Below, one piece after another: positions 1 to 11,615 of a stretch of 64,000 bases of DNA; positions within the stretch are counted from its first letter, which is position 1; each line of letters begins with the position of its first letter. Where the stretch lies: the NCBI RefSeq assembly GCF_006345805.1, contig NC_043001.1, forward strand, positions 24,924,001 to 24,988,000, given 5' to 3'. Source of the stretch: Octopus sinensis (lineage: Eukaryota). A model generated the notes under the pieces. That model was given only the letters and a program-made list of their open reading frames with translations, did no database searches and was not told the DNA's origin. A program made the translations under genes and the position numbers.

Positions 1-30
1 ATACATATATATATATATACATATATATAC

Positions 31-67
<37 letters not shown>

Positions 68-91
68 ATATATTATATATATATATGTATG

Positions 92-176
<85 letters not shown>

Positions 177-190
177 ATATATATATATAT

Positions 191-242
<52 letters not shown>

Positions 243-270
243 TATATATATATAATATATATATATATAG
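1..270. repeat. (TA)n microsatellite tract; many more TA, CA, AAT and ATC tracts occur throughout the window
   Basis: Direct read of the sequence; it explains the YIYIYI ORFs in the track. Confidence 0.99.
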
Positions 271-1004
271 TAAATCTCATTTAGCAAATTGCAGATTGGA
301 AAATATCAGTAGAATGAAACTCTTTTTTTTTAGTTTGCACTATCACATGTACTATGTGATTGTTTGTGGTCTTTTTGAGTTTTGTTTTACGGTGAGGGTG
401 GAGACAATAATTTTTTATGAACTTGTATTTGATTCAACAAAAAAAACTTTTTTTTCCTATGTTTAAGGAAGTATAGCTGCAACCTCAAATATCTCATCTT
501 GACACAGAATAAAAAAAAACACACATCTATAGCATCACATGAAGCCACACACAACTAGATACAAACATTGGGATTCCATACCATATGAGTTATTTGACTG
601 TGCAGCAAATCTTAATTTAATACCATGTATGTGTGTGAGAGAGAGAGAGATATTAATGTATATTCATCTAATCCTGCAAGCATGGATAAAAATAAATGCA
701 CCCATATGCCCACACATATGTATTTAGATGAGTTTTTATATAAGAGTACACTCACACCTGTCTATACAGGTCCTCTGCAAGTTTTTGTTGTGGGAATATA
801 TGTATATATATATATATATATATAAGCTGATATATATGTCTGTGGATATATATGTATGTATGCATATATATTTATGTGTGTATCTATGTATGCATACTCA
901 TGTACACACACACACATATATATATATGTATATATATAAATTAATCAATATAGAGATAAACTGATGGATACTTGGATGTAAGACATCCATAGAAAGAGCA
1001 ATTT

Positions 1005-1064
<60 letters not shown>

Positions 1065-1067
<3 letters not shown>

Positions 1068-1178
1068 TTATTAAGGCCTATTACTATAAGTAAAGCCACA
1101 CACTGTAAAGGGACACTCAACTTTAGTGTCCCTTTTACAGTGTGTGAGTTTACTTGTAGTAATATCCCTTAATAATGT
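1065..1178. repeat. Fold-back palindrome next to (TA)n
   Basis: acattattaagg...cacacactgtaaagggacact / caacttt / agtgtcccttttacagtgtgtg...ccttaataatgt; arms of about 53 bp with a 7-nt loop. Confidence 0.85.
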
Positions 1179-1223
1179 ATATAGAAAAATTATACGCTTT
1201 GTATTTTTTCTTATATTTTATTG

Positions 1224-1290
<67 letters not shown>

Positions 1291-2058
1291 ATATATATAA
1301 ATGCATATTTATGTACACATATATATGTGTGTTTATGTATATACATTACTACTTGCATGTATGACGCAATACTATTATGGCAAACCCAGGTGTCCTGGAC
1401 TACTTTGAAATGCCATTTTACTGATTGGTACTGTTTCAGTCAGGGAACAGGCTCACAGAGGCAGTCACTATTCTCTTTCGTTTTTTCCTTGAACTACAAC
1501 AACCTCTACTCCTTTCTGAACTATCTGCAAGACCTTCTCTCTTAGAGTTATACCCGATGTTCAAATTTTTCCTCTTTCTTTCCTTTATATTGTATGTCAT
1601 CTCTCAAACTCTGTGTAAAGCACTTCATCAAATCCATCCTGCCCAGAAATGCAACCAGCTGAAATTCTTATTCTGCTAACGCTTTTGCTACAAACATTGA
1701 ATAGAAAATAGTCAAGCTAAACACTTAACCACCTTAATCCCATCATAGCTGAAGGATCTACAAATGTTGAGGTCATCAGCCTGCATTAGTCTTTGATAAC
1801 TTACAAAAATAAATATCTGGATGGTACACACACTCACAAGCATATATGCAAATACATGTGTGTGTGTGCATTTAGTTTCATTTACACAAATAAACTTAGA
1901 TCAAAGAGTATCATGTTTTAGATTCTAGCGAGACATGCATGGTTTACCTCCCACTGAAGGTTGTCTTATTTTATGCTTAAATTGTATTAGCTTTTACACT
2001 CACATATCAGTGTGTATTATATTACATAAGCCTTAATGTATGTATGTTTATCTATCTA

Positions 2059-2100
<42 letters not shown>

Positions 2101-2861
2101 AACATGTGTGTGTATGTCTACATATATATGTAGGTAGGTGTGTGTGTATTTAAATATATGTATAAATGTATATATATATTTGTCTGTGTACTTGTGTATG
2201 TGTAAGCATGAGTGAGTAAAGAAATAATCAGTAGAATTTCTATATTCTTGATAACCTCTGTGACGAAGGATCTGATTATTATTCAGCTGAAGATGTGCTT
2301 GTTGTTATATTGATAATGTTTCAGGCAAATCCCTTCATCAGAAGAGTGCAGAAATATTTGTGTTCCCCTCCAACAAAGTTCATTAGCCAAAACATTAATC
2401 TTTGCTTCATTTCCTACATTACAACAGACACTTATTCAGTTACAGCTATGGGGGCATCTTTATGCAGTTACCTGATCTGCCAGATATCTTCCAAATTTTT
2501 CCCTCTGTTCATGCTCTTATATCTAAAATAAATGGAAGTAAATGTGAGATAATTCTAGATATGCACTGTCTGAAATATTATTGGATGATCATAGCTGGAA
2601 CATATTTAACCATTGATCTACTCAATCAGATATGACCTGGTGTTAAAAACACCTATACTCTCATCATTTCACTTGAATTCTAATCAATATATTTCCATAT
2701 GTTCCTTACCTGGATAGTTATACTTATTCATCACTTTATTCAGTAAAGTGTGAGCATACATACACAGATACCTATATATTTACGCATTATATATATATGT
2801 ACATACACATGTATATACGTTCTGTACATATATTTATATATTCACGTATATGTGTTTTTGT

Positions 2862-2990
2862 AGAAACACTGCCAGATCAGACTGGGCCTGATGAAGCCTT
2901 CTGGCTTCACAGACCCCAGTTGAACCGTCCAACCCATGCTAGCATGGAAAACGGATGCTAAATGATGATGATGATGATGATGATGATATA
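2862..2990 (+). mobile_element. 3' tail of an RTE-related SINE/LINE ending in (GAT)n
   Basis: aaccgtccaacccatgctagcatggaaaacggatgctaaatgatgatg matches the tail of the LINE at 49.6-50.6 kb and the inverted copies at 48.34 and 48.94 kb. Confidence 0.8.
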
Positions 2991-3054
2991 TATATATATA
3001 ATATATATATATATACTTATAATAAACATGCATATATATGTGTGTGTGTATGTA

Positions 3055-3086
<32 letters not shown>

Positions 3087-3210
3087 AAATTAGAGATAAA
3101 ACCACTATTATGCAGCTCAAATAGTGATAGACATAAACCAATACATAAATAACAAGTAATATATATAATTATAATTTTTTTTTTTTTTTTAAATTTTAAA
3201 ATGAATGATA

Positions 3211-3256
<46 letters not shown>

Positions 3257-3411
3257 ACATCCACACATATAGGTTTGTGTTTGTTTTGCAAGACTCTTGA
3301 TGTGAAATTGTATGTTGAAACAAATGCTTTAGTTTGGGTGGCTCATTTTTTCCCACGAATAAAACATGCACTGGTTGTATTTTACTTAATATTATTATCA
3401 TCATCATCATT

Positions 3412-3630
3412 AAGGTGGTGAGCTGACAGAACCATTAGCATGCCAGGCAAAATGCTTAGCAGTATTTCATTTGTCTTTGCGTTCTGAGTTCAAATTCCAC
3501 CAAGGTCAACTTTGCCTTTCATCTTTTCAGAGTCGATAAAATAAGTATCAGTCAAGTACTGGAGTTGACCTAATCAAATAACTCCCGCCACCAAAATTTC
3601 AGACTTAGTACCTATAGTAGTAGGGTTATT
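3412..3630 (+). mobile_element. Octopus SINE, family A (aaggcggcgagctggcagaa head)
   Basis: Head with gttctgagttcaaattcc B-box-like segment; homologous to copies at 3920, 58025-58424 and 60715-60939. Confidence 0.85.
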
Positions 3631-3681
3631 ATCATCATCATCTTCATCATCAAGGTTGTGATCTGACTGAATCATTAGAAC

Positions 3682-3684
<3 letters not shown>

Positions 3685-3715
<31 letters not shown>

Positions 3716-3860
3716 TGTGTACAGTGCTCAGGTGCACTACAACTCATCTAAAGTGTATATATAATCAGGTGTAGTTTTGGCGGATTTCGGAAAGCATGAG
3801 GGCCTTAAAGGATGCAGTGTCATGGCAGTCAACAACTGATGCAGGCAGTTTATTCCATCA
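3685..3860 (-). mobile_element. CR1-type LINE/SINE 3' tail with (ATT)n end
   Basis: tacagtgctcaggtgcac...ggatgcagtgtc...caactgatgcaggcagt matches 56620-56900. Confidence 0.8.
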
Positions 3861-3919
3861 AAAAAAAATAATAATAATGCCTTGTGTCACAATTTGAAAC
3901 CAATATTATTATTGCTGTT

Positions 3920-4130
3920 AAGGAAGCAAGCTGGCAGAATCATAACCACCCTGCAACTTTGTCTGTATTTACATTCTGAGTTCATTTCCACCAAAATCAA
4001 CTTTGCCTTACACCCTTTCATTGTTTATAAAACAAGTTCCAGATGAGCACTAGGGGTTAATGTAATCGCCTTGCCACCCCACCCCAAAAGTGCTGGCCTT
4101 GTGCCAAAATTTGAAACCAATATTATTATT
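3920..4130 (+). mobile_element. Octopus SINE, family A (decayed)
   Basis: Homologous to 3412-3630. Confidence 0.8.
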
Positions 4131-4679
4131 GTTGTTGTCATCAGTAATTTACTTAACCAATTACTGAATGAATTGTTTGTCCAATAATTCAGTTGGTTCA
4201 TCGGAATTCTTTCATCACACTCTGTGAAATTATCAATGTTGTGTCCTCATCTTCTCCTATCATGAAATGATGTCTCTGTCCTATTTATTACTTTGTACTA
4301 TTTGTCATTTATAGTGTTTGGATTGGGTGTATGTGACCAAATGCTTGATTAGTGAGTTAGTTAAGTCGTTGATTGATATTAATAAAAAGATGTCAAATAC
4401 AACCACTGCATGTATGGTTATTAGAAAAAAGGGCCATTCCAATGTACAACAATATATGCATATGTGTATGTGTGTGTATGGAGAGTTTGTGGTATCTGTA
4501 GATAGAATGAGTGCACGTGCATGTTTTCTTATGTATATAGTATAAGTAGTTTTGTGTGTGTTCATGTGAAAAGGCTTATAAAATCTACAAAAATATTACT
4601 CTTTGCCTTATAGTTACCTCCACAACTTTTGAATCAAGAATTTACATGAATGTGTAATTATATACATATAAATACATAA

Positions 4680-4720
<41 letters not shown>

Positions 4721-4723
<3 letters not shown>

Positions 4724-4931
4724 TATGAAAATACCAAGGGTAGAAAATTTAGAGAAATATTCTACCAGTGGCCAGCATGCATAATAAAGTCAACATATTT
4801 TTCATATAAATTAGTGTATGCATCTATTCACAAAAAAGGTGACCTTAACAGGACACCTTACATGCTGGAAAGGGCAGTTGGCCACCTATAGAATATTTCT
4901 CTAAATTTTCTACCCTTATTATTTTCATAGT
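4721..4931. repeat. Inverted-repeat element with approximately 55-bp terminal arms, adjoining (TA)n
   Basis: tactatgaaaata...tagaaaatttagagaaatattcta...gtggcca versus its reverse complement at the right end. The internal part recurs inverted at about 5225-5300. Confidence 0.85.
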
Positions 4932-5087
4932 AAAATTTTTGTAATTTTGAAGAACTTTGGTACGCAATATTAATTCTTATTATTTGCTGCCAATTGTAGC
5001 TGCGCTTGTGTGGTGGATTTGAAAAATTATAATGTATATGGATGGAACACGTGTGTCTTCAGTGTTGCATAAATATACACTAATTTT

Positions 5088-5167
5088 AGCCCCCTTACTG
5101 AAGAAGCACAGATGGCAAATTATTTTATTTGCACATTGATGTTGAAACTCAAGTATAAGGGTAACTA
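5088..5167 (+). ncRNA. Type I hammerhead ribozyme motif (Penelope-type), complete core
   Basis: Stem I ccctta/taaggg (plus tag/cta); CTGAAGA at 5098-5104; stem II agca/tgtt with inner gcaaat/atttgc; GAAA at 5144-5147; stem III ACTCAAGT (near-palindrome); GUA site at 5153-5155. Confidence 0.8.
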
Positions 5168-5398
5168 TTGAAATGTTTTTATTTTTCACTACCTTTGAAA
5201 TTACTCTTATTCATGGTTTGGGCTTTAACTTCCCTTTCCAGCATGTAAGGTGCCCTGTTATGGTCACCTCTTTTGTGTATAAAAATATACACTAATTTAT
5301 AAGTATATATATAGTTGAAATTTACAGAAAAACAAAAGACAAAAGCAGGTGTATGAACAAGCAGGTGTATTAGTTTGATACTCAGGAAAGTAAGAAAG

Positions 5399-5433
5399 CC
5401 TTTTACATTTCAAGTCTACACTCTTCAGAAAGG
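5399..5433 (-). ncRNA. Minimal type I hammerhead motif with weak stem II
   Basis: Minus strand reads ccttt CTGAAGA gtgtagactt GAAA TG TA aaagg; 5-bp stem I, core intact, stem III ATGT (probably ACGT after CpG decay). Confidence 0.55.
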
Positions 5434-5726
5434 AACATGAGGGAATAAACAGAGAGAGAATTAAAAAACTTGTGGATTTAGCAATCAGTCATGGCATATA
5501 TATCAAGAATAATAAGGTAGTCAGAATGTTGGCTGATTGTATATATATATATCAAAATAAGCAACAAGGATATCCAAAGGTTGTGCAATACAATCATTTC
5601 ATGCTACTGCTTATTTTGATTATAATCACCCCATTTGATTTATATGGATAATACCATACCAAATTCTGGTGCCTTTAACTTAAGTACTATATTCATCTGA
5701 ATCTAAATTTTTACTGAACTTATATC

Positions 5727-5758
<32 letters not shown>

Positions 5759-5763
5759 TACAT

Positions 5764-5794
<31 letters not shown>

Positions 5795-5850
5795 TATATA
5801 TACACATTTATATATATATATACATTTATATATACATTATATATATATAT

Positions 5851-6033
5851 ACATTTTTTAGTGCTTTCTTCCATTATCGGATTTATCAAAAAAGTGGTTT
5901 ATAGTAAGTTTGCTTCACCTTTTTATATAAAATTGAAACTGATGATTTTTCAATTTTATATAAAATGGCAAAGCAAACTTACTATAAACCATTTTTTGAT
6001 AAATTCGATTACAGAAGAAAGCACTAAAAATGT
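5851..6033. repeat. Fold-back palindrome between (TA)n tracts
   Basis: gtgctttcttc...ttttatataaaattgaaa / ctgatgatt / tttcaattttatataaaa...gaagaaagcac; arms of about 85 bp. Confidence 0.9.
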
Positions 6034-6112
6034 ACATAAAAGTATATATAATCATCCGACATTCTGACTACCTTATTATTCTCAACATACAATATCTGTA
6101 TATCACTTCAAA

Positions 6113-6158
<46 letters not shown>

Positions 6159-6789
6159 CATTTATATATATTTGTATATATATATATATATATAAAATAT
6201 ACATTTATATATATTGTATATTTATATATTTACATGTATACACAAATATCCATACATGTGTATGCATGTATGCATATACGTTAATATATATGTGTGTGTG
6301 CATGTGTAGTTATGAATTAAGATACACCTTGCCAATTAATGTTTCCATTTTCTCCCTTTTTACCATCATAAATACCATTAATTTCATATATACATATTCT
6401 AACCAGTTCTATTTATTTATTATTTTATTTCATTCTTACTCTAAAGTAAATAATAAACCAATCCCAATTCTCATTTCAGCAAATATAATTTAAACACCAT
6501 TAGAAAATTGAAAGCTTCTGTAACTGCTTGACAGATAGACATTGATAATTAATCTATTCTCCACTAGATTGTCTGAAGAGAAAAACTAACGAGTTACTTC
6601 ATATAATCAAAATAATATTCCTATATTTAGTTTTCTTTTAGTTTTTATTATTTTTTAATGTTTATATTTTATAAAAACTATTATGTATTCACAGTTGTCA
6701 TACATAATGTAAAAGAGCTACATGTAAGGCGTATGGCTTGGGAGACAGTCTATATTACAAAAATATCTAAGATCATTATTTAACTTTAG

Positions 6790-7115
6790 TGATAGCAAAA
6801 GCCTTAGAAGTGCTTACTTAATAATCAGGTAATCTCTGGTTTGACCCCTCTGTGCAACATCTTGGGCATGTGTCTAAATTTTAGCCTTCAATCTATCTAA
6901 GCCTTGTGAGTGAAATTGAGTTGACAGAAACTAAGTTAGAAGTTTATCAAATGGACTGTGCCTATATTTCAGAGGGTTAGCCTTGCCACACACAGTTATG
7001 CTGATTCTCCTTGAGAAATATGTTATGAGCACGTGTGCTTGTGGATTACTCAGCCACTTGCGTGTTAATTCAAGCCATTCTGGTAACCTGATCAGTTGGA
7101 ACATTCCGTGTTAGA
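6790..7115 (+). mobile_element. Decayed tRNA-headed SINE, family B
   Basis: cttgggcatgtgtc...aagccttgtgagtgaaattgagttgacagaaact resembles the central domain of 51798-52173. Confidence 0.65.
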
Positions 7116-10100
7116 ACCAAAAAACATCCATTAAGCATTCATTAAAAGAAATTGTACTTTCACTTTGTATTTCTGTCATCATATGTTGTAGTTTAGAGAA
7201 CAATCTAGAAAAAGCTTGTTGATTTTCTTTGCCACCTTTATAACTAATTAATCACTGATCGCAGACATTGGAGGTGAATAGAATTAATATCATTGTCTGA
7301 CTTGCAACATCAAAAGCTTTAATGTTTACCATGGTGTTTCAATTACTAATGTTCCCCACCATTTCATCAAAGACTAAATTGTTCAGCTATCAAAACTAAC
7401 ATATTAGCAATATCCAATCACTCATATATATCGCTTCTCCCCAGTGTATCTAATGGTTCAAAGACATTGGAGTTGTGCTGTGAGCATCACACTAATATGG
7501 TCTAATGCATAATGCACAAGCACACTTTTGCTGTTTTCACTTATTGGACTGTGGCTTTGCTGGCATATCACTACAGTTGTTAGTGTTGACCCAGTACTAA
7601 TTTTTAGTGTAGCATTCATTTTATGGAACACTGTTTTTCAAACCAATATTTTACAGTAGTTAAAGTTGCTAGAGACAACATAAACATCTTTTTTAATCTA
7701 CTATAAACACATACATACATACATACATACATACATTACATTACATCTGTGCGTGTAAATTAACAGTATAAATTTATATACTAGACTTAAGTGAATGTTG
7801 TAATATTGGAATTTACTATAGATTCAGTTTCTAGCAAAACATTTTCTGTTTGTAGGACAAGATGAATATTACAATCGCACTTACTTGAGCTTGGTGTTTG
7901 ATTTTGGTTACCAGTTTAAAATAATTTCAAATGGTTATAAATGGCTAAAGTCTTTTTTAACTTGTTGGTTGTCAAATACGATATATCTACATTGTGTTTG
8001 TTTACCATCCTGTGTCACTTAAATAAGGAAAGAACTGTTTTTGCTGAATTCTGATAAATAGTGTAGTGACTGGTGTAGAAGACTGTCGATTAAAAAGCAG
8101 AGTGAGCCCCAGTAATCTTTTTATTTCTGTTTCTTTTTTGTCTTTAGATTTTGGTATTGAGTCAAATGTGTATTTAGCTTTTTTTATATCCATTATTGTT
8201 AAGTGCTTCGTTGTAAGATGCTAAGACTTTTATGAAAAATTATTTGTTGGAAATAGATTAAAGGATCTTAATGAAATATTCTTAAAAGATGTATTAATAC
8301 ATATATAAATATATGTAAATGTATATTCAATGAGCTACTGCTCTGGCTACATCTACCAAATTCCTCTTACAAGATATTAGAGAACTGGGAGCAATAGTAG
8401 GAAACAATTGCCCAGAGTGCAACACAGTGGAATCAAATATGGAGTTACATTGCTGCAAAGCAAACTATTTAGCCATGCAGCTCTATATATATTTGTGATA
8501 TATAAATGTGAATGTAAATATGTTGAAGTTTGTATCCCTAGCTATCTGAACATTTTGCAGAAGAGTACATCTTATCAAGAAGCTCATTGGCTACATAACT
8601 TTTTCTGACATTTTCTATATTCTGAAGAAAACTAAGAATATTGTATATCCAAGCACTGAATAATGCATATCACTGGTTATTCCTCTTTATTACTGATAAC
8701 TCTTAAAGAAGGAAAATTTTATTAAAAATTTTTTCTTCTTTTGCAAATAGAGTAAATAGGAAGAACTTAAAACTGCTGATTCAGCAACTCTATGTGACAA
8801 AGGCCTTAAGTGAATTCTCTAACTATAAATAAAGGCCTTGTGAAAGAGAAGCTAAAATATTCGCTCACCATTCCTAAGTTAAGAATTCTACTCTTTCCAT
8901 GATCTAAGATTACTAAAAATATTATGTAAGAAGGAATGTCACTGCTTCATGTCCTCTCACTCAAATATGTTCTAAGTTTCATATCGAAGAAACTTAAGGC
9001 ACAACAATTAACAGTAATTATCTTAAGAAAATAAATATGCTTCAGTCTTTAACATTGTTTGGTCCAGAGTGCTAAGTCAGTTTTAGATATTGGCCATAAA
9101 AGCTTCTTTGCTCTTATTTTTCCGAAAAATTTGGCAATTGTTTGATACTATACTTTTCACTGCAAATGACAACTTAAAACCTATTATTCATGAAGGAAGC
9201 AAATATATCTTTCTCTGTAGAGCTTATGGTTGCTCGGTGTTTATTCTAGCTTGTCTTGGATACTGGGGTTATGCAGTGGATTTTGTTTTAAATTGTTGGG
9301 GTGCCAATTTATTAATATCTGCATTTATTTGTCAGTTTCTGGTAAGTGAAAATACATTTCAATCAAACCAGCCCTTACATTCCCAACCTTTGTGGTTTAA
9401 TCCCTGGAGGGAAAAAAGTAACCAAAACAAAGATTAACAAACAGTCTTCACAAAGTAACAGGAAATCTTTATGAACCAATAAATAAGTCTCTCTACATCG
9501 TTGTTTCAGTTGTTAACAATAACACCCAAATCTTCTTTATATAAATTACTTTAAAAGAAATATAATTCTGACTAGAGTATCGATGAACAGATGAGAGGGT
9601 CATCACAGATGAATTGCCGATTGAACATAGTGAAAAAGTTGAGTAAAAAAATTTCTTCCCTTTAGGGAAGAATTTTTTGTTGCTTCAGGAATTTTGAACA
9701 TTTTTTTTTCTTTTTAAAAATTTCATTTCAATTTATTCCTCTTCTCCATGTCTATTTTTCTTCCAATTATTTCTCTTTGGTACATTCTTGGAACAGAGGG
9801 TAGATTTACTATTTGCTTTTTATTAATTTTTTTATATATATATAATAATAAGATTTCTCTGGTTTTCAAAACTACTAAATTATATTACTCTTAAAACTTT
9901 TACCTTTCTGTCACATTTCTTCGAGCACTATCAGCTACACAAAACGCTTGTTAAAAATTCTGGGCCCAATTCATTACTGCTAAGGTTATTAATATATCAT
10001 TGCATGCAGGGTTTACATTGGAAGTTATTTGTTTAAGGAACTTAGTTTGGATTTAAGCAATGCACAATCACTTGCTACTAATGAGTAAACATTTTTACTT

Positions 10101-11469
10101 CCATTGTTCAACTAACAGAAAGCATTTGAAAAATTTTATGTAGAAGTTATAGGCTTAATTATTTCAATGTTGATTATTTATAAAAGAAAGAATTGTTTGC
10201 TTTCTATTTCTAAGACATTGAAAGTAGTAGCTAAGTTTCAGTCAAAATGACTAAAATTCAAAATTTGTTGGCTAACATTTGCTTTATCAAGTGTAGTCTT
10301 AAGAATAAGAGAAAGTACAATCAAAGTGTATTTTTTCTCTATACTAATTTTTTGGTAAAGTTTCTCTGAAGTCATTTAGTTAATGTTATAAAACTCCTGA
10401 GCTTTTTAAGTAACAAAATGAGGTGTAAAATACCCATCTATGTATCATACTTAATGTGTAACTACTATTAATAGACTAGTTACTCTGGTATTTGTCCTGA
10501 GATAGCATCTCTAATGGACATACTATGTCAAAAGTAATAGATGAAAAATCAATCCAGCAAGCAGCCAGTGAGAACGTAAGGTGCATTTCAGCCTTTTCTG
10601 GCCACTTCATTGATGTGTACTCAACCAGCCACATATTTGAACGAGAGTTCATCATCTCTGATATCAGAAATAGTGAATAAAACATTCACTAATGTTGCAA
10701 ATAGCCACCGAGCTGAATAAAAAATCTGGTATGTGCAAGTGAGGCTGTTTGGTATTTTAAAACTCATTTATGGGGTCTATATTATCTTCAAACGTGATTT
10801 TACTTTTTAAATTTAAACACTATTTGACATGGTTTGAGGATAGGTTGTGAAAATAGATTAAAAGGAACTCAATACTCTCTTTTAGTTATTATAGAAATTA
10901 ATGAAAGGGTGTGTTCCCTACAGGCTATATTGTACCGGAGACAATATATGAACAATTCACTGGTTCCTTTCTTTATAGAACATTCATTTACGATTTGTGT
11001 TCTCTTTCAATAAGATAAATGATTTGGTGAATATTTCTATTCACAGTGCTCAATACATAAGGACAAGTGTGTAATATTTTATTAGAAAAAGAAACTTCTT
11101 GAACTGTATTGCTAAATTTCATGTTTCCAATTGATCAACAAAAATTTGAACAGTTAGAAATGTGAAAGCTAGACTTACAACTCAAACAAATCTGTTACTA
11201 ATTGTATATATATATATATATATATATATAATAAATTTTGTGTTGATAGAGATTTGTAGATTTACTTATTGGGTTATTCAACCAGACCAGTTGAATAAGC
11301 AGATAGGCAAAATACCCATCAATTCAAAATTTATAATAAATTTGACTCTATACTTAGTATTGAGTCACCTTTCAATAAGTGTTATTCTTAAATGAGCTTT
11401 CAAATATTTTTCAACAACCTCAATTTAACTATATTTTTATACATATTTAAATTGAAGTTGTTATATATA

Positions 11470-11615
11470 TATATAAGAATTTGCGTAGTGAGATAAAAAA
11501 AAAAACCAAGGCTGTGTAGATATTAGAACATTTATAGATCTAATATACATCTATAAATGTTCTAATATCTACACACCCTTGGTTTTTTAACTCATTACGC
11601 AAAAATTCTTATATA
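11470..11615. repeat. Fold-back palindrome adjoining (TA)n
   Basis: tataagaatttgcgt...gtgtagatattagaacatttatagat / ctaatatac / atctataaatgttctaatatctacac...acgcaaaaattcttata. Confidence 0.9.

Noticed and set aside
89-466. Longest ORF in the track (125 aa) and similar YIYI- or HTHT-rich ORFs
   Set aside because: These are translations of (TA)n and (CA)n microsatellites.
960-1006. CTGATGG...GAAA segment as a hammerhead (also partial cores at about 19860, 40146 and 52312)
   Set aside because: Stems or the cleavage triplet cannot be formed.
10476-10685. GC-richer segment with open frames on both strands and possible splice sites
   Set aside because: I recognise no domain; the WLVEY resemblance to thioredoxin-like motifs is too slight.
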